From: Deltaproteobacteria bacterium
GTDB taxonomy: Bacteria; Desulfobacterota; Deferrimicrobia; Deferrimicrobiales; Deferrimicrobiaceae
Direction: 5' to 3'
DNA: 35,908 nucleotides
Assembly (NCBI GenBank): GCA_037441465.1
Contig: JBBISC010000001.1
Coordinates: 23,394-59,301, forward strand
Shown here: positions 35,126 through 35,908 of the stretch, one piece after another
How positions within the stretch are numbered: the stretch's first letter is position 1
Layout of the letters: each line of letters opens with the position of its first letter
Made by a program: the position numbers and the translations under genes
Notes under the pieces: generated by a model
Told to the model about the DNA's origin: nothing
Seen by the model: the letters and a program-made list of their open reading frames with translations, nothing else
Database searches by the model: none

Positions 35126-35908
35126 CCCGGATCCCCGGGAAACCGGACCAGGTGGTCCCAGAGGAGCCCGCGATATCCAAAGGAGTGCATGACCGCGAGC
35201 CGCTTCTGGCCTTCGAACGGCGGGAAGATCCGGTCCCGCCGGCCGCGGAATGCGTCGGTGATCATCCCGTTCATTACGCCCGCGTCGATTTTGGGCGAAA
35301 AGTAGTATACCGGCTCGAGCAGGGACGCCGCGGGGGAGAGGACCCCCTCGGCGATCGCCTGCCGATGAAGGACGGTGCCCGGCAGGATGCGGATTCCGGA
35401 GTAGGCGAATGCCACGGTGTGTTCCAGTCGTTGCAGGTTTGCGAGCCCTTCCGTCACGGTCTCGATGGTTTCCCCCGGACCGCCGAACATGACGAAGTGG
35501 GCGCAGGGAAGGCGCTCGGCGATGAAGGCCCGGTTCACTTCGAGAACATCCGCGAAGGAGAATCCCTTCCCCAGCGAACGGAGGGTCGCATCGCACGCCG
35601 CATCGGTGCCGAGTTCCACCGCATACAGCCCCGCCCGCTTGAGGAGGGCGATCTCCTTTCGTCCGATCCGCTCGGGGCGCATGTAACAGCACCACCGGAC
35701 CCGGAGCTCCCGCCGGAGGATCTCTTCCGCGATCGACAGATAATGGCCCTGCGGGTCGTTGAAGATCGAGTCGGTGAAAAAGAAGCTGTCCGCGCCGTGC
35801 TCGGCCCCCGCCCTCTCGATGCCGTCCACTACCTCCTTGGGATCGCGAAGGCGGAAGCGGTTCCCCTCGAGGAAGGGGTAGACGCAGTAGATGCAGCCGT
35901 GGGGGCAG
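35119..35908 (-). CDS. Radical SAM protein, probably of the 'lipid biosynthesis B12-binding/radical SAM' type; 5' part is outside the window
   Basis: The window edge reads CPHGCIYC.YPFLEG; then FFTDSIFN, ELGTDA, HFVMFGGPGET, GIRILPGT, LEPVYYFSP, GYRGLLWD. The B12 domain itself is not visible. Confidence 0.85.
   Translation of the reverse strand, partial: CPHGCIYCVYPFLEGNRFRLRDPKEVVDGIERAGAEHGADSFFFTDSIFNDPQGHYLSIAEEILRRELRVRWCCYMRPERIGRKEIALLKRAGLYAVELGTDAACDATLRSLGKGFSFADVLEVNRAFIAERLPCAHFVMFGGPGETIETVTEGLANLQRLEHTVAFAYSGIRILPGTVLHRQAIAEGVLSPAASLLEPVYYFSPKIDAGVMNGMITDAFRGRRDRIFPPFEGQKRLAVMHSFGYRGLLWDHLVRFPGDPGC

Overview
GC-rich bacterial window with no rRNA, tRNA, CRISPR array or transposase that I can detect. 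Gene content looks Deltaproteobacteria/Desulfobacterota-like, which is a weak inference. It has three blocks. (1) 1-12.6 kb is a cell-envelope/peptidoglycan-recycling neighbourhood: uppP 3' end, a YyaL-like thioredoxin-domain protein, murU-amgK-TIM-barrel isomerase, an Slt-type lytic transglycosylase, nagZ and a Dpp/Opp-type ABC importer. A vapC toxin with a 5'-deleted AbrB antitoxin interrupts it. (2) 12.7-19.5 kb is a + strand operon: LpxL-like acyltransferase, a radical SAM enzyme with the motif layout of archaeal tetraether synthase (Tes/GDGT-MAS, MJ0619 family), a LolA-like carrier, an ATP-grasp ligase, a deacetylase, a small membrane protein and a PKS-type methyltransferase-like protein. 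(3) 19.5-35.9 kb is a convergent - strand type II FAS/PKS lipid cluster that runs off the window edge: three B12-type radical SAM enzymes, acyltransferase, two ACPs, KS plus chain-length-factor-like partner, MipA, BtrH-like protein, ABC exporter, deacetylase-methyltransferase fusion, GT2-DUF2062, DarB-type KAS III and a lipoprotein. The best candidate for a novel system is blocks 2+3 together, a possible bacterial pathway for a radical-modified, perhaps membrane-spanning, exported glycolipid. All family assignments come from motif recognition by eye, not database searches.
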